Source of the DNA: a virus
Direction: 5' to 3' (one strand)
Virus record (IMG/VR): IMGVR_UViG_3300033182_000581
Span: 94,492 to 158,491 of that record
Length of the DNA: 64,000 nucleotides
Shown: positions 45,795-56,641 of the stretch, piece after piece
Layout: each line of letters opens with the position of its first letter
How positions within the stretch are numbered: position 1 is the stretch's first letter
The notes under the pieces: generated by a model
The model's input: the letters and a program-made list of their open reading frames with translations, nothing else
What the model was told of the DNA's origin: nothing
The model's database searches: none
Program-made: the position numbers and the translations under genes

Positions 45795-46978
45795 TGGCAG
45801 AAACAAAAGTAGATAAAGTTGCAGAACAAATTGAGAGAAGAGATATTCGAAGAAATTTCTCTAATCAAATTATATCATATGGATTACCTGAAGATGGTAA
45901 TTTAAAATATGGGTATAAGAGATTGCCTGCAAAATCGGTAGTGTATCCAACTCTGGCATATGACAAAACCATTGATAGATTATCATCAGAGTTAATATCA
46001 AATTCGGGTGATTTAAGAATTACTGAACAAACATTAAATTATATAAAATTCTTAACACCATCTGGCGAGGCTGAATTCGAAGATACATTTAGTGGTAGAT
46101 ATGCAATAACTAATGGTGCAACTGAAGTTCCAGGTGGCGGTACATCTTGGACTGGATATAGAGATAATCACTGGATTAATCCATATGTAGCACCTGGTGA
46201 TGTTACAACTTATCTTGACTATAGAAATAATTTTAGACACGGCGGGTATCGTACCATTCCGTTTGATGATACAGAAAAAGGGCCTGATTTAAAAAATGGT
46301 GGTTATGTAATTACACCCGAACTTATTGAAAGTGGTAAGAGTTTAAAACTCACTGCAATAATCGGAATCGCAAATGAACTAAAAAATAGTGCTGGTAACA
46401 ATTTGGATAGGTCTGTACTATATAAGTTCAAATTTAATAGAATTAGAAAACCATATGAATCAAATTTCCCCGATAACTTAGGAAACGCGAAGTATGAGTC
46501 ATTTGATAGAGGTGAATATGGATTTATAAAAGTAGAGTTTGATGTATTAAATTCTAAAATGCAAGTTGGTGATATTTGGGAACTACAAGGACAAGTAACG
46601 ACGGGTTTCAGAGGATGTTTCTTATATGGTAACAACTCTATATTTAAAGTAGATGTAATAGAAACTCCATTAGTTCCAACCACAACTAACAGAGCACCAA
46701 GTAGAATAACCAAAATGCAACCATCCCACATAAAAACATCACCTGCAACTACGGGTTCACCAACCATCTCTGATGGTGGTTCAGTAGCCGGAGTTGGGAG
46801 TACAAACCCTAGAAGTGGTGCTGGGACTAGAAGTGGTGCTGGAGCAAGTTCATCATCTAACAGTGGTGATGGTTCATCTAGAAGAGGTCGTAACAGTGGT
46901 GATGGTTCATCTAGAAGAGGTCGTAACAGTGGTGATGGTTCATCTAGAAGAGGTCGTAAAAGCAAAGCTACGCTTTAA
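45794..46978 (+). CDS. structural protein with low-complexity S/G/R tail
   Basis: Context; C-terminal (NSGDGSSRRGR)x3. Confidence 0.6.
   Translation: MAETKVDKVAEQIERRDIRRNFSNQIISYGLPEDGNLKYGYKRLPAKSVVYPTLAYDKTIDRLSSELISNSGDLRITEQTLNYIKFLTPSGEAEFEDTFSGRYAITNGATEVPGGGTSWTGYRDNHWINPYVAPGDVTTYLDYRNNFRHGGYRTIPFDDTEKGPDLKNGGYVITPELIESGKSLKLTAIIGIANELKNSAGNNLDRSVLYKFKFNRIRKPYESNFPDNLGNAKYESFDRGEYGFIKVEFDVLNSKMQVGDIWELQGQVTTGFRGCFLYGNNSIFKVDVIETPLVPTTTNRAPSRITKMQPSHIKTSPATTGSPTISDGGSVAGVGSTNPRSGAGTRSGAGASSSSNSGDGSSRRGRNSGDGSSRRGRNSGDGSSRRGRKSKATL
46858..46959 (+). repeat. perfect 33-bp tandem repeat x3
   Basis: TAACAGTGGTGATGGTTCATCTAGAAGAGGTCG at 46858, 46891 and 46924. Confidence 0.95.
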
Positions 46979-46989
46979 TAGGAAAGTAT

Positions 46990-49900
46990 ATGGCAATAGA
47001 TAGATATCAAAAACCAGAAATACTAACTGATGTGAAAACACCAGTAGATAGTGTTGCCGTATATTCTTTTTTAGATACGGCACGTATCAATAAAACTTCA
47101 TTGGTATTAACTTCAGAATTGTTAAACCAATCATATGTACATAAACACGTTTATTCTGAGAATAATTTATTACATTCATCGGTATCACCACTACAATACG
47201 AAGTAACTTCCGAAGAAAATGCAGATTATACATATGATATTTTATTAACACCTGAAAAGGATGTTAGAAGGGTGGGTGCTGAACGAGGTACATACAGCAT
47301 TGTATATAATTTTCTAAAACCATTCTCATCAGAATTAAAAATATTAAACATATCTGCAGATTCTACTGAGATTGAATTGGAAGTAGATAATCCAAACTAC
47401 AGTCTGAAAAAATTATATGATTTAGTAAATAGTAGTAAAAACTATAAAGATAATTTAGTTTTAAATTTTGGTAAGAACAATCTATTCACAATAACGGATA
47501 TTGGTTTTGCTAATAACGAGTCGATTGGTGAGCAATTGCGTTGGCCAAAACATCCAAATGGTAAATACAACGGATTTGATGTTACATACTTTCCATCTGA
47601 AGAAGATGGTGATAGAAACATTTGGATAGAGGTTTATAAAAAAACCAGATTAACTACTGGTAGGGCTACATCATTCACACCAATAGTAGATGAAAAAACT
47701 TGGGAAGTTAAATTTGAACCATTAAGAGATGTTAATGGTACTCAAGTATTTTTCTCAAAAAATTCACAAGAATTTGATAGAAGATATGAAATAGAAGAAG
47801 GATTGAGAATACCTGATGATATATTTGATAATATATACTATGGTAATCATCCATTTTCTAAATTTAAAATATTTAACCCATACACATCAGATACAAATAA
47901 GTTAAAAAATGTTGTTGTAAAATTATATACGGAATTACCAGCTGAGTTTGAAAACAAAATCCCAAAGATATCACTTTCTTTAAGAGAGGATTATATCGAA
48001 AGAGTATTAGTATACCCATACATCAAAGAAGAGGAATATGAAGATTTTTCATATGCAAATTTTGATATTGATATGGGTAATTATGGTAAATCACAAGGTA
48101 CTGATTTCAAAACTTGGAACTCTCTTTTAGATACAACCCTATCAACATCTCAACAAATTATTGATAAGTATATTAGTGGTTCTTTTGGTGAAGTGAATTT
48201 AAATATAGATTACAGTAATTTTAAAAACTTTGTAAATTATTCATCTGCAGTTGAAAGGGTTAACAATTTAAAATATAAATTAGAGTTAATAGAATCGTAT
48301 GATGCTAGAATTAATACGTTAAGTTCAGTAAGTGGTTCACAAGCATTAACTAACATATCTCAATCCTTAAACAGACGAGCTAATGTTATTAGTGGTATGG
48401 ATGGTTGGGAACGTTGGATGTATTATGAAACCACAGGTTCTTTATATACACATTATAGTGCATCATCATATGTTATAAGTCCCTGGCCACATTACGATGA
48501 ACATCCTAAAAAGCTTTATAGTGTTACATCATCACAGGCAATATCACATTTCAACGGATTGATTGACTCTGCAAGTATATACGATACTTTAAATGATGCA
48601 AGATTAACAAAAGTAATTCCTGCATCAATTGTTGAAGAACCATTGAATAGAGATTATGTGTTGTTTATTGATATGATTGGACACCACTTTGATATTACAT
48701 GGAGTTACATCAAAGCACTAACATCAATCAATGAAAGAGAAGAACACCCATACGATGGTATGCCAAATGAGATGTTATATGATGTGGCAAAATCTATGGG
48801 GTGGAAACTAACACATGGTAAAGACCGTTCTGATTTATGGAAGTTTGCAGGTGGTACTGATAAGTTTGGTAATTACATTCAAACAGGTTCTTTACAAACT
48901 AAATCAGATGAACAAATCAATTATGAGGTTTGGAGAAGAATTGTAAACAACATTCCATACTTACTTAAAACAAAGGGTTCTGCACGGGCAGTAAAAGCAT
49001 TGATTGCAACATATGGTATCCCACAATCATTCTTATCAATCAGAGAATATGGTGGGCCTATGATTGAAGATGTTAGACCTATTTGGGAACATGATAGATT
49101 CGTATACCATCTTAGAATGGATACTAATAATTATATTACCACACCGTGGGATAAGATTGCAGATATTAACCCAAAAACATACTTAAACAGAGACCCTAAT
49201 TCAATTGATACTATTGAAATTCAGTTCCAACAAAATTTAATTAGAACCTCATCGTTACTACACAAAGGTTCTGATTTTGCAGTTTTGTTAGAACCAATAT
49301 CAAGAACATCTGGTAGGGGTAATATTCATTTTTATTTAAGTGGCAGTGGTGGTTACAAATCAGCATCCATTGATGATGTTCCTGTTTTTGATTCTAAGAT
49401 GGGTACTCTATTAGTTCAGAGAGAATCATCGGTAGATGATATTACAAAAAATAATGAATATAAAATTCAATATAGAAAAAATGTAAAAGATAGAATCAGT
49501 ACATCGAAATCCGCGAGTATTGATATCGACGGTGCAACTGAATCATCATACAACGCGGCGTGGACTGGTAGTGGGGATGTAACATTTAGTAATACATTAC
49601 CAACAGGCGGACCATCTATTTGGGCTGATGCAGAGTATATGAGTGGTTCTATTCAAGAGATTAGATATTGGGCTCAACCTCTTAAAGATATTGTAGTAGA
49701 TGAACACACCCTTTCAAGAGAAACTTATCATGGTAATTCTGCAACTTCATCTTACTTTGATTTAAAGTTTAGATTCATACCAGATTCTCAATTAAAAACA
49801 GTTACAAATCCAGATGGGATTCTCTCACAACATCCTAATCAGAGAATTACTGAAACTGATAGTGGGTACATTTTATCAGCATCTTTATACAACTTTGAAA

Positions 49901-51366
49901 GAGATGATTTAAGAGGTGTAACCGAAGAGTACTACACTAAAGTTCCATCTGCTGGTGCTAATAACATTATGAATAATAAGGTTAGAGTTGAATCTAATCG
50001 ATTGACTGGAATCTTAGACCCAGATAAAAAGAAGGAAAAAGCACAATACGATTCAGCGCCTGTTGATTCAAATCAGGTTGGTGTTTATATGTCTGCTACA
50101 AAGATGTATAATGAGGATATCTACAATCACACTGGATATTTTGAGATTGATGATTATATTGGCAACCCTGATAGAAGGCCAGGTTATACTGAACAAAACG
50201 AAGAATTAGATTATGTTCGTAGGCAGGTATTTAAAAAGTATAGTTCTAAAAACTTAATCAATGATACAATCGATATGTTGGCAAGATACGATTTCTCAGT
50301 ATTTGAACAAATCAGACAAACAATGCCAGCAAGGGTTGATTACAATTCAGGTATCTTAATTGAACCACACATCTTAGAAAGACCTAAGATGAAATCAAAA
50401 ACAAATGTTTCATACACAAACCCACAATATGATGTGGTACTTCCTGCTATTGATAGGCCGGTATCATCAGAATATATTAATTATGAAACTACAATTGTAA
50501 ATACCCAAAAAAGCCAAAGCGCCGAATACATTCTTTATGAAACTACGATACCACATCAAACAGTGGTTGTCGCTACGAAGCATGATTACACATCAAGTAT
50601 TGATACCACACAACTTCGTAATGTAAGTGCACAAAAAGATGACATAGAATCAGTAGGTAATCCTAATATTAAAAATATGTATTCTCCATCAACATACAGA
50701 TACACAATTCTATTCCCAACTGCATCTAATATTGATATTGGGTTTGGTGGTGGTTGGACTACTGGTTCAAATGGGTATTGGAATTACAATGTAACATCAT
50801 CCAATGCATTAGATGGAAAACCATCGAAGTATGCACTTAAAAATATTTACTTTTACAATACTGAATTATCAGCATCATTACGATTAAGTAATTCATCATC
50901 ATTAGTACCTGCATCGGTATCAACTGATGAACTACCACTATCGATTGAGAATCTCAGATATTTAGGTTGTAAGATGACATCCGATTCTTTAACAACAAAT
51001 TCACCTGATACACCAGATGGTAGACCTGTAATCGAAGTATTTGAAGCAGACCCGAATGTACTTATCTATACATCACAAACTGCAGAAGAGGGTAATTTGG
51101 ATGTAGATACCTCTACAAATCTACCAACTCTTAAATTAGAAGATTTAAAGGTTAATGAAGATATCAAATGGAGTAGAGAACAAGAATATAAAGAAGCTGT
51201 TGCTAAGTTTAGAAAAGAAATCGAAAAACTAATTCAGATAGAAAATGGTAGACGTTCAGAGTTTGATTTGAGATACGAACAAGAAAAAATGAGATTTGAA
51301 TTAGAACAACAACGAAGAGAAGAGTTTGATGTAATTAACCGACCTAATAGAATTATGGATGTTTAA
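46990..51366 (+). CDS. large baseplate/tail protein (1458 aa)
   Basis: YLLKTKGSARAVKALIATYGIP (wedge/tail-like), LamG-like GSIQEIRYW; position after gp6. Confidence 0.7.
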   Translation: MAIDRYQKPEILTDVKTPVDSVAVYSFLDTARINKTSLVLTSELLNQSYVHKHVYSENNLLHSSVSPLQYEVTSEENADYTYDILLTPEKDVRRVGAERGTYSIVYNFLKPFSSELKILNISADSTEIELEVDNPNYSLKKLYDLVNSSKNYKDNLVLNFGKNNLFTITDIGFANNESIGEQLRWPKHPNGKYNGFDVTYFPSEEDGDRNIWIEVYKKTRLTTGRATSFTPIVDEKTWEVKFEPLRDVNGTQVFFSKNSQEFDRRYEIEEGLRIPDDIFDNIYYGNHPFSKFKIFNPYTSDTNKLKNVVVKLYTELPAEFENKIPKISLSLREDYIERVLVYPYIKEEEYEDFSYANFDIDMGNYGKSQGTDFKTWNSLLDTTLSTSQQIIDKYISGSFGEVNLNIDYSNFKNFVNYSSAVERVNNLKYKLELIESYDARINTLSSVSGSQALTNISQSLNRRANVISGMDGWERWMYYETTGSLYTHYSASSYVISPWPHYDEHPKKLYSVTSSQAISHFNGLIDSASIYDTLNDARLTKVIPASIVEEPLNRDYVLFIDMIGHHFDITWSYIKALTSINEREEHPYDGMPNEMLYDVAKSMGWKLTHGKDRSDLWKFAGGTDKFGNYIQTGSLQTKSDEQINYEVWRRIVNNIPYLLKTKGSARAVKALIATYGIPQSFLSIREYGGPMIEDVRPIWEHDRFVYHLRMDTNNYITTPWDKIADINPKTYLNRDPNSIDTIEIQFQQNLIRTSSLLHKGSDFAVLLEPISRTSGRGNIHFYLSGSGGYKSASIDDVPVFDSKMGTLLVQRESSVDDITKNNEYKIQYRKNVKDRISTSKSASIDIDGATESSYNAAWTGSGDVTFSNTLPTGGPSIWADAEYMSGSIQEIRYWAQPLKDIVVDEHTLSRETYHGNSATSSYFDLKFRFIPDSQLKTVTNPDGILSQHPNQRITETDSGYILSASLYNFERDDLRGVTEEYYTKVPSAGANNIMNNKVRVESNRLTGILDPDKKKEKAQYDSAPVDSNQVGVYMSATKMYNEDIYNHTGYFEIDDYIGNPDRRPGYTEQNEELDYVRRQVFKKYSSKNLINDTIDMLARYDFSVFEQIRQTMPARVDYNSGILIEPHILERPKMKSKTNVSYTNPQYDVVLPAIDRPVSSEYINYETTIVNTQKSQSAEYILYETTIPHQTVVVATKHDYTSSIDTTQLRNVSAQKDDIESVGNPNIKNMYSPSTYRYTILFPTASNIDIGFGGGWTTGSNGYWNYNVTSSNALDGKPSKYALKNIYFYNTELSASLRLSNSSSLVPASVSTDELPLSIENLRYLGCKMTSDSLTTNSPDTPDGRPVIEVFEADPNVLIYTSQTAEEGNLDVDTSTNLPTLKLEDLKVNEDIKWSREQEYKEAVAKFRKEIEKLIQIENGRRSEFDLRYEQEKMRFELEQQRREEFDVINRPNRIMDV

Positions 51367-51377
51367 TATTTATTGAT

Positions 51378-52436
51378 ATGAGAGAACGAGAAATGAATTT
51401 AAGGGGTGAACCACAAAGACCTACTGATAATAGAGAAGTTGGTTCTGAGATGGAAGAAATTGTAAGACAAAAACTTGCACCCACATCTGAACGCCCTCTT
51501 ATTAAATCTCCAATGAATGCAGAATCAGAACAATCCGAATTAGAACGTGCAATTGAACCTTTGGAAGATATTGTAAAAACAGGTGAAGTATTAGATGATA
51601 ACAAACTAATCAGAGAAAAAGATAGAGTACGTCCTGAAGATATTGCAGATGTAGTATCGAAGCCAATTATACCTACAAAATCAGTACCACCTGTAATTGA
51701 TTCAAATAATGAGTTCTTTACTGAACAAGATAAAGCACGTTTGATTTTAGAAGAAGATAAACGTAGGGCAGTTAGTGACCAAAGAAAATTTGATTTTGAA
51801 AACGCATTCTTAGAAGAACAAGAACGTAGAGTTCAATTTGATGAGAAAATCAAAATTATGAAAGCTGAATTTGAGTTGTATCTTAAAAATACGTTTCCTG
51901 AATTTGTTGGTGATAGAAATATGACAGATGAAGATAAACAAAAAAATCAAGCGGATATCAAACGTAAAAAAGAACAAAACTCCACTAAGGTAAAAGAGTT
52001 ACAAAAGAAAAAAATAGAAAGATTGGAAAGAGAGAAGGAACGTAAGTTGATAGAATCTCAACTCAGATTAAATAAACTTACAGAAGGTGAAGTTCAAACT
52101 TTTTTTGAAGAAGAGATAATTATAGAACAAAAGGAAAAGATTGCTCAAAATCCTCAAATAGAAAATCTAAATCCAGTTCAAAAACAAATTAGAGAAGCTG
52201 AAGAAATGGAAATTAGAATGGGGAGGCCAATCGTTCCTCATAGAGATATAGTTGAAAGTGAAGAATCTGATTTTGATTCAAATTCAATGACTAAATCGAC
52301 TGATATTTTAATACGACCCATCAATGTTGAAGAAGAGTTTGGTAGACGACAACAAGAGAATCGTATGGAAATATTAAGAAATGAGTTAAATCAAAACCAA
52401 AGGGGCGAAGAAGATTATGTATCTACTTTAAAGTAG
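51378..52436 (+). CDS. highly charged coiled-coil hypothetical protein
   Basis: E/K/R/Q-rich; preceded by ATATTTAT at 51366. Confidence 0.6.
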   Translation: MREREMNLRGEPQRPTDNREVGSEMEEIVRQKLAPTSERPLIKSPMNAESEQSELERAIEPLEDIVKTGEVLDDNKLIREKDRVRPEDIADVVSKPIIPTKSVPPVIDSNNEFFTEQDKARLILEEDKRRAVSDQRKFDFENAFLEEQERRVQFDEKIKIMKAEFELYLKNTFPEFVGDRNMTDEDKQKNQADIKRKKEQNSTKVKELQKKKIERLEREKERKLIESQLRLNKLTEGEVQTFFEEEIIIEQKEKIAQNPQIENLNPVQKQIREAEEMEIRMGRPIVPHRDIVESEESDFDSNSMTKSTDILIRPINVEEEFGRRQQENRMEILRNELNQNQRGEEDYVSTLK

Positions 52437-52510
52437 AAAACAAAAAATTAACTTAATTTATTTTATTCACATATTTATAGTTGAATAATATTGTAAAAAG
52501 GTAAAAAAAT

Positions 52511-53176
52511 ATGGGATACTTAGATAATTCATCGATAACAGTAGACGCAATTCTCACCAAAAAGGGTAGAGAGTTACTAGCAAAGGGTAGAGATTACTTT
52601 GTAATCAGTCAATTCGCATTAGCAGATGACGAGGTTGATTATGAGTTGTGGAATCCAGCACACCCACTTGGTTCTGATTACTACGGAATCATTATTGAAA
52701 ACATGCCTATCGTAGAGGCAGTTACTGACGAAAACTATTCGTTAAGATATAAATTGTTAACTTTACCAAAAAACACAATTCGTATTCCAATTATTCAAAC
52801 AAACCCAAGTTCAATTAGTATAGAAGAAGGTGGACGTAGACAAGTTGTCTCTATTGAAACTAAAAATGGTGGTAATGATACATTAGGTTACACCGTAACT
52901 CTTCTTAACTCAGATGCAGCAACCATTATCGGTGATGGTGGCGGTATCGCAAATAATGAAGATAATGTGGGTGCTAACGAAGATAGAAGAAGTGTTACCA
53001 TTAGTACAAATTCAACATTTACAATTGTTTCAAAAGTATTGGCAGATAATACTGATATTTCAACTAAGATTTTTGTAGTTGGTAATGAAACGGGTGGTCG
53101 TTCTGAGATTACATTGACTGTAACTAATAATCCAGATATCACGGTTGGTAATACATTAGATTCAACATTAGGATAA
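52511..53176 (+). CDS. tail/baseplate structural protein
   Basis: DAILTKKGRELLA...FALADDEVDY resembles the N-terminal part of tail-collar/fibre attachment domains. Confidence 0.6.
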   Translation: MGYLDNSSITVDAILTKKGRELLAKGRDYFVISQFALADDEVDYELWNPAHPLGSDYYGIIIENMPIVEAVTDENYSLRYKLLTLPKNTIRIPIIQTNPSSISIEEGGRRQVVSIETKNGGNDTLGYTVTLLNSDAATIIGDGGGIANNEDNVGANEDRRSVTISTNSTFTIVSKVLADNTDISTKIFVVGNETGGRSEITLTVTNNPDITVGNTLDSTLG

Positions 53177-53196
53177 CAGATTAAAAGGAAATAGAT

Positions 53197-54291
53197 ATGG
53201 CAATTTTACCAGCAGGTTCGTTTAATACATCAAAGAGAGTATATACGGCATTTAAAGTAGGGGATGTTGTAGAAGGTGGTGTAGAAAAAGTAACAAGAGG
53301 TTTATGGAGTGGTAACGTAGGAACGTTAACTTCATTCTACACTTCTTCAGCACAATCATCTACTCAGAAACAATATTATTATGAGATTTTTGATGGGATA
53401 TCAACAAACTCAACATCAGAAGCACAATTCTCAGTAACGTATGGTCATAATGCGGGTAGTGGTTCTTTAGGACAGAATGAAGATTCTCCTTCAAACGCCA
53501 TCTATTCCCAATATGCACAAATCCTACTTCCAGACCAACAGAGAACATTTACATTTAATGATGTTTCGTCTGAGCACATTTACGCTATTAACATCAATAG
53601 AGCTAGATTGAAAGATAGGTTAGACCCAGGTAACTTCCAATTGAATTTAATCGAATTATCAGGTAGTGCTGAACTTGTTTACAACACAGGTTCTAATGTA
53701 GCAGTATCATCATCTAATAAAGTTGTTAAGTTGATTGATGATAGTGGTGATACTCAACAGGCTGCAACTCAAATTGGTAGAGTTTACAATTTAGTATCAG
53801 GTTCTATCAATAGTGGTGTTTACTCACCTAAAACTTACTATGGTTCAGTTTATCCAGAACAAGGTGTTATTATCCTAAATGCAGATACATTGGATACAGA
53901 ACTATCGTTTGGCTCTGTAACCGCATCAAACACAAATGGTGATAACGCATACAAACTATTAACGTCTATTAGTGGTGCCGCATCTTATAGTGAAGGTTTG
54001 AGTGGTGTGGATTATGGATTTGCTGCAAGAAATGAAGAAAGAGTACAATCAACATTCTATTTCGTAAGAGCTAAGAATGGTGAATACAACTTCTCAAATA
54101 ATCCATCTTTTGTAACTGGTTCAAATGGTTCGTTTAAACAACCAACATTTGCAAACAATCCAAAAACATATATAACAACTGTTGGATTATATAACAGTTC
54201 ACAAGAATTATTAGCAGTAGCTAAATTATCTCAACCAATTCTTAAATCATTCTCTAATGAAGTATTGGTTAAGGTTAAATTAGATTTCTAA
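53197..54291 (+). CDS. tail structural protein with C-terminal tail-collar-like motif
   Basis: YITTVGLYNSSQELLAVAKLSQP. Confidence 0.6.
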   Translation: MAILPAGSFNTSKRVYTAFKVGDVVEGGVEKVTRGLWSGNVGTLTSFYTSSAQSSTQKQYYYEIFDGISTNSTSEAQFSVTYGHNAGSGSLGQNEDSPSNAIYSQYAQILLPDQQRTFTFNDVSSEHIYAININRARLKDRLDPGNFQLNLIELSGSAELVYNTGSNVAVSSSNKVVKLIDDSGDTQQAATQIGRVYNLVSGSINSGVYSPKTYYGSVYPEQGVIILNADTLDTELSFGSVTASNTNGDNAYKLLTSISGAASYSEGLSGVDYGFAARNEERVQSTFYFVRAKNGEYNFSNNPSFVTGSNGSFKQPTFANNPKTYITTVGLYNSSQELLAVAKLSQPILKSFSNEVLVKVKLDF

Positions 54292-54309
54292 GAACTACGA
54301 TGATTTATA

Positions 54310-56184
54310 ATGGCAGAAGCACTGAAACCGATAAACGGGGGTGGATTACAACTCTACCCCTATAACACCCATAAACAATGGACTGTTACTGATATTAATT
54401 ATAGAAATGATTACTATTCAGTTTCGGTACTAAAAGGTATTTCACCAAGATATAACGAAAAAATAAACGTTTCTGAATCTATTGGGTTACCTGCGTATAG
54501 AGAGGTTGACCAGATAGATAACTCAAATTCTAATTCTACTGGGTTTTTAAATAGCAAACACCAAAAAGTAATTTGGAGTGGTTTAAATCAAATGTTCTTT
54601 AAACACAGACGTGGTATGGAACGTGATTTATACGCATCCGCATCTATATTCTCAGTTCCCCATAATCGAATGGGTGATGGTATTAAACCAGAAAGTATTA
54701 CCGTTTTAGATAATAGTGTTACATCATCTAACATCGATAACTTAAATCTTAGAGATGTAAAAATAGATGAGTATCATGGTAATTTAATTGATATAAATCT
54801 AAATACAGGCTCATACGTTCCATTTGGTAATTTGATAGGGTATTGGGGATTTAATGATGAAGTAGTTACACATAGAGTTAGTATAGATACACACATAGAA
54901 GATAGAAGTGGTTATCAACACCATGCATATGGTAGAGGGTTACTATATAATGGTGGAATCAAAACATCAGGATATAAAGAATTACCTTCTGGCACAAAAG
55001 TAACATTTAATGGTTCTGATTCTTATATTAGAGTAGACCATAATAAACAATTAGATTTTTACAAAGGTAATGATTATTCAATTTCATTATGGACTGTACT
55101 ACCAACATCTCAATCCGATACTACTTTAGATTATAATTGGTTAGTTAATAAATCGGGCACATACAGAGATTATGGCCAGGATAAAAAACTAAGGGATGTT
55201 CTCAGACGGGAAAATAAACGAAACCCAATATTTCCATTTGATTTAAAAATATACAACCAAAACACCTCAAACAATGGTAAGGTTGTTGCAACATTATCCG
55301 ATGGATTACGAAATGTAGAAGTAACATCTTCAACATCAATAAATGATGTATCGGAACATCATATCGTATTCAACAAAACAGGTTCTCTTTTAGAACTTTG
55401 GGTAGATGGGATTAAAGAAGTATCATCATCTATAAAACTAAAATCTCAGATAGCAAATACAGATGATATGTTATTTGGAGCAAGACATTTATCTGATGGG
55501 TACAATGATTTCTCAAATGAAGGTTTGGGTGTAATTAGTGGTTCATTGGATGAAATTAGAATTTATAGAAAGGGATTATCCTCTGCAGAAATCGAAGGAT
55601 TATCCAATAATGATTACAGAACTGGCTCTGCATATCAAACTAATGTGGTAGGTGAGGTATTCTATAAGCATGGGATTATGGTTGTATCAGACCCAAGACC
55701 AATTTACAAATATGTTTGGACTGGTGCTAGTGGTAGTTGGGATTATGGCACTGACCCTTCATATGGTTGGAGAACAAAATATAAATCAACAAAACAATTA
55801 CATGAAGTTTCTGTAATGTGTGAGATTGGTGCTAACGAATTCAACGTATCACAAAACCCATCTTTAAAAGTAAACAACAATCCTAATAGTGAATTCTTAC
55901 AAGATTTTGTAACAGGTTCAGATTTTAGAAACTATTTTACAACAATCGGATTATATAATCCAAATGGAGATTTGATAGCAGTTGGGAAGTTGGCATCAGC
56001 AATTCAAAATAGAGATGATGTTGATATTACAGTAAAAGTTAGATTTGATTTAGATGGACCATTTGGCACTCCAACGACTGGTTCATTAGAACCTGTTGGT
56101 AGACCTGCAACGATTACTAAAACAAAAGATGGAAAGTTTATTTGGAATAAATTAGATAGACCTAATATAGGTGTAAACGAATAA
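54310..56184 (+). CDS. LamG/concanavalin-domain tail protein
   Basis: FNGSDSYIRV, YSISLW, HHIVF, LWVDG, GSLDEIRIY; C-terminal FTTIGLYN..DLIAVGKL. Confidence 0.75.
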   Translation: MAEALKPINGGGLQLYPYNTHKQWTVTDINYRNDYYSVSVLKGISPRYNEKINVSESIGLPAYREVDQIDNSNSNSTGFLNSKHQKVIWSGLNQMFFKHRRGMERDLYASASIFSVPHNRMGDGIKPESITVLDNSVTSSNIDNLNLRDVKIDEYHGNLIDINLNTGSYVPFGNLIGYWGFNDEVVTHRVSIDTHIEDRSGYQHHAYGRGLLYNGGIKTSGYKELPSGTKVTFNGSDSYIRVDHNKQLDFYKGNDYSISLWTVLPTSQSDTTLDYNWLVNKSGTYRDYGQDKKLRDVLRRENKRNPIFPFDLKIYNQNTSNNGKVVATLSDGLRNVEVTSSTSINDVSEHHIVFNKTGSLLELWVDGIKEVSSSIKLKSQIANTDDMLFGARHLSDGYNDFSNEGLGVISGSLDEIRIYRKGLSSAEIEGLSNNDYRTGSAYQTNVVGEVFYKHGIMVVSDPRPIYKYVWTGASGSWDYGTDPSYGWRTKYKSTKQLHEVSVMCEIGANEFNVSQNPSLKVNNNPNSEFLQDFVTGSDFRNYFTTIGLYNPNGDLIAVGKLASAIQNRDDVDITVKVRFDLDGPFGTPTTGSLEPVGRPATITKTKDGKFIWNKLDRPNIGVNE

Positions 56185-56188
56185 AGTT

Positions 56189-56611
56189 ATGGCAAAAGGA
56201 AATTGGTCTCACATTCAAAAAATGAAAGGCCACAAAAGTGGTCTTGAAACCCAAATTGATGAGCAACTCAAAGCTCAGGGTATCGATGGTGAATATGAAC
56301 AGCATGAAATATCATACACCATCCCAGCAACAACACATACATACAAACCTGATTTTAAATTACCCAATGGTATATTCATAGAATCAAAAGGGTGGTTCTT
56401 GCCTGAAGATAGAAAAAAACACTTACTGATAAAGGAACAGAATCCTAATATGGATTTACGATTTGTTCTACAATCCCCAAACGGAAAAATATACAAAGGT
56501 TCAAAAACAACATATGCGCAGTGGTGCGAGAAGAACGGATTCAAATGGGCTAAGAAAGAAATACCACAAGAATGGATAGATGAAAAACCAAAACAAATAT
56601 TTTTTGGATAA
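56189..56611 (+). CDS. T7 endonuclease I-like Holliday-junction resolvase
   Basis: KSGLE, YKPDFKLPNGIFIESKG, DRKKHLLIKEQNP, TTYAQWCEKNGF. Confidence 0.92.
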   Translation: MAKGNWSHIQKMKGHKSGLETQIDEQLKAQGIDGEYEQHEISYTIPATTHTYKPDFKLPNGIFIESKGWFLPEDRKKHLLIKEQNPNMDLRFVLQSPNGKIYKGSKTTYAQWCEKNGFKWAKKEIPQEWIDEKPKQIFFG

Positions 56612-56641
56612 TTCAAATATTATTCGTATATTTGTAGTTAT

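Noticed and set aside
46303-46965. 220-aa minus-strand ORF
   Set aside because: Shadow of the + strand gene, kept open by the 33-bp repeat; no promoter or RBS evidence.
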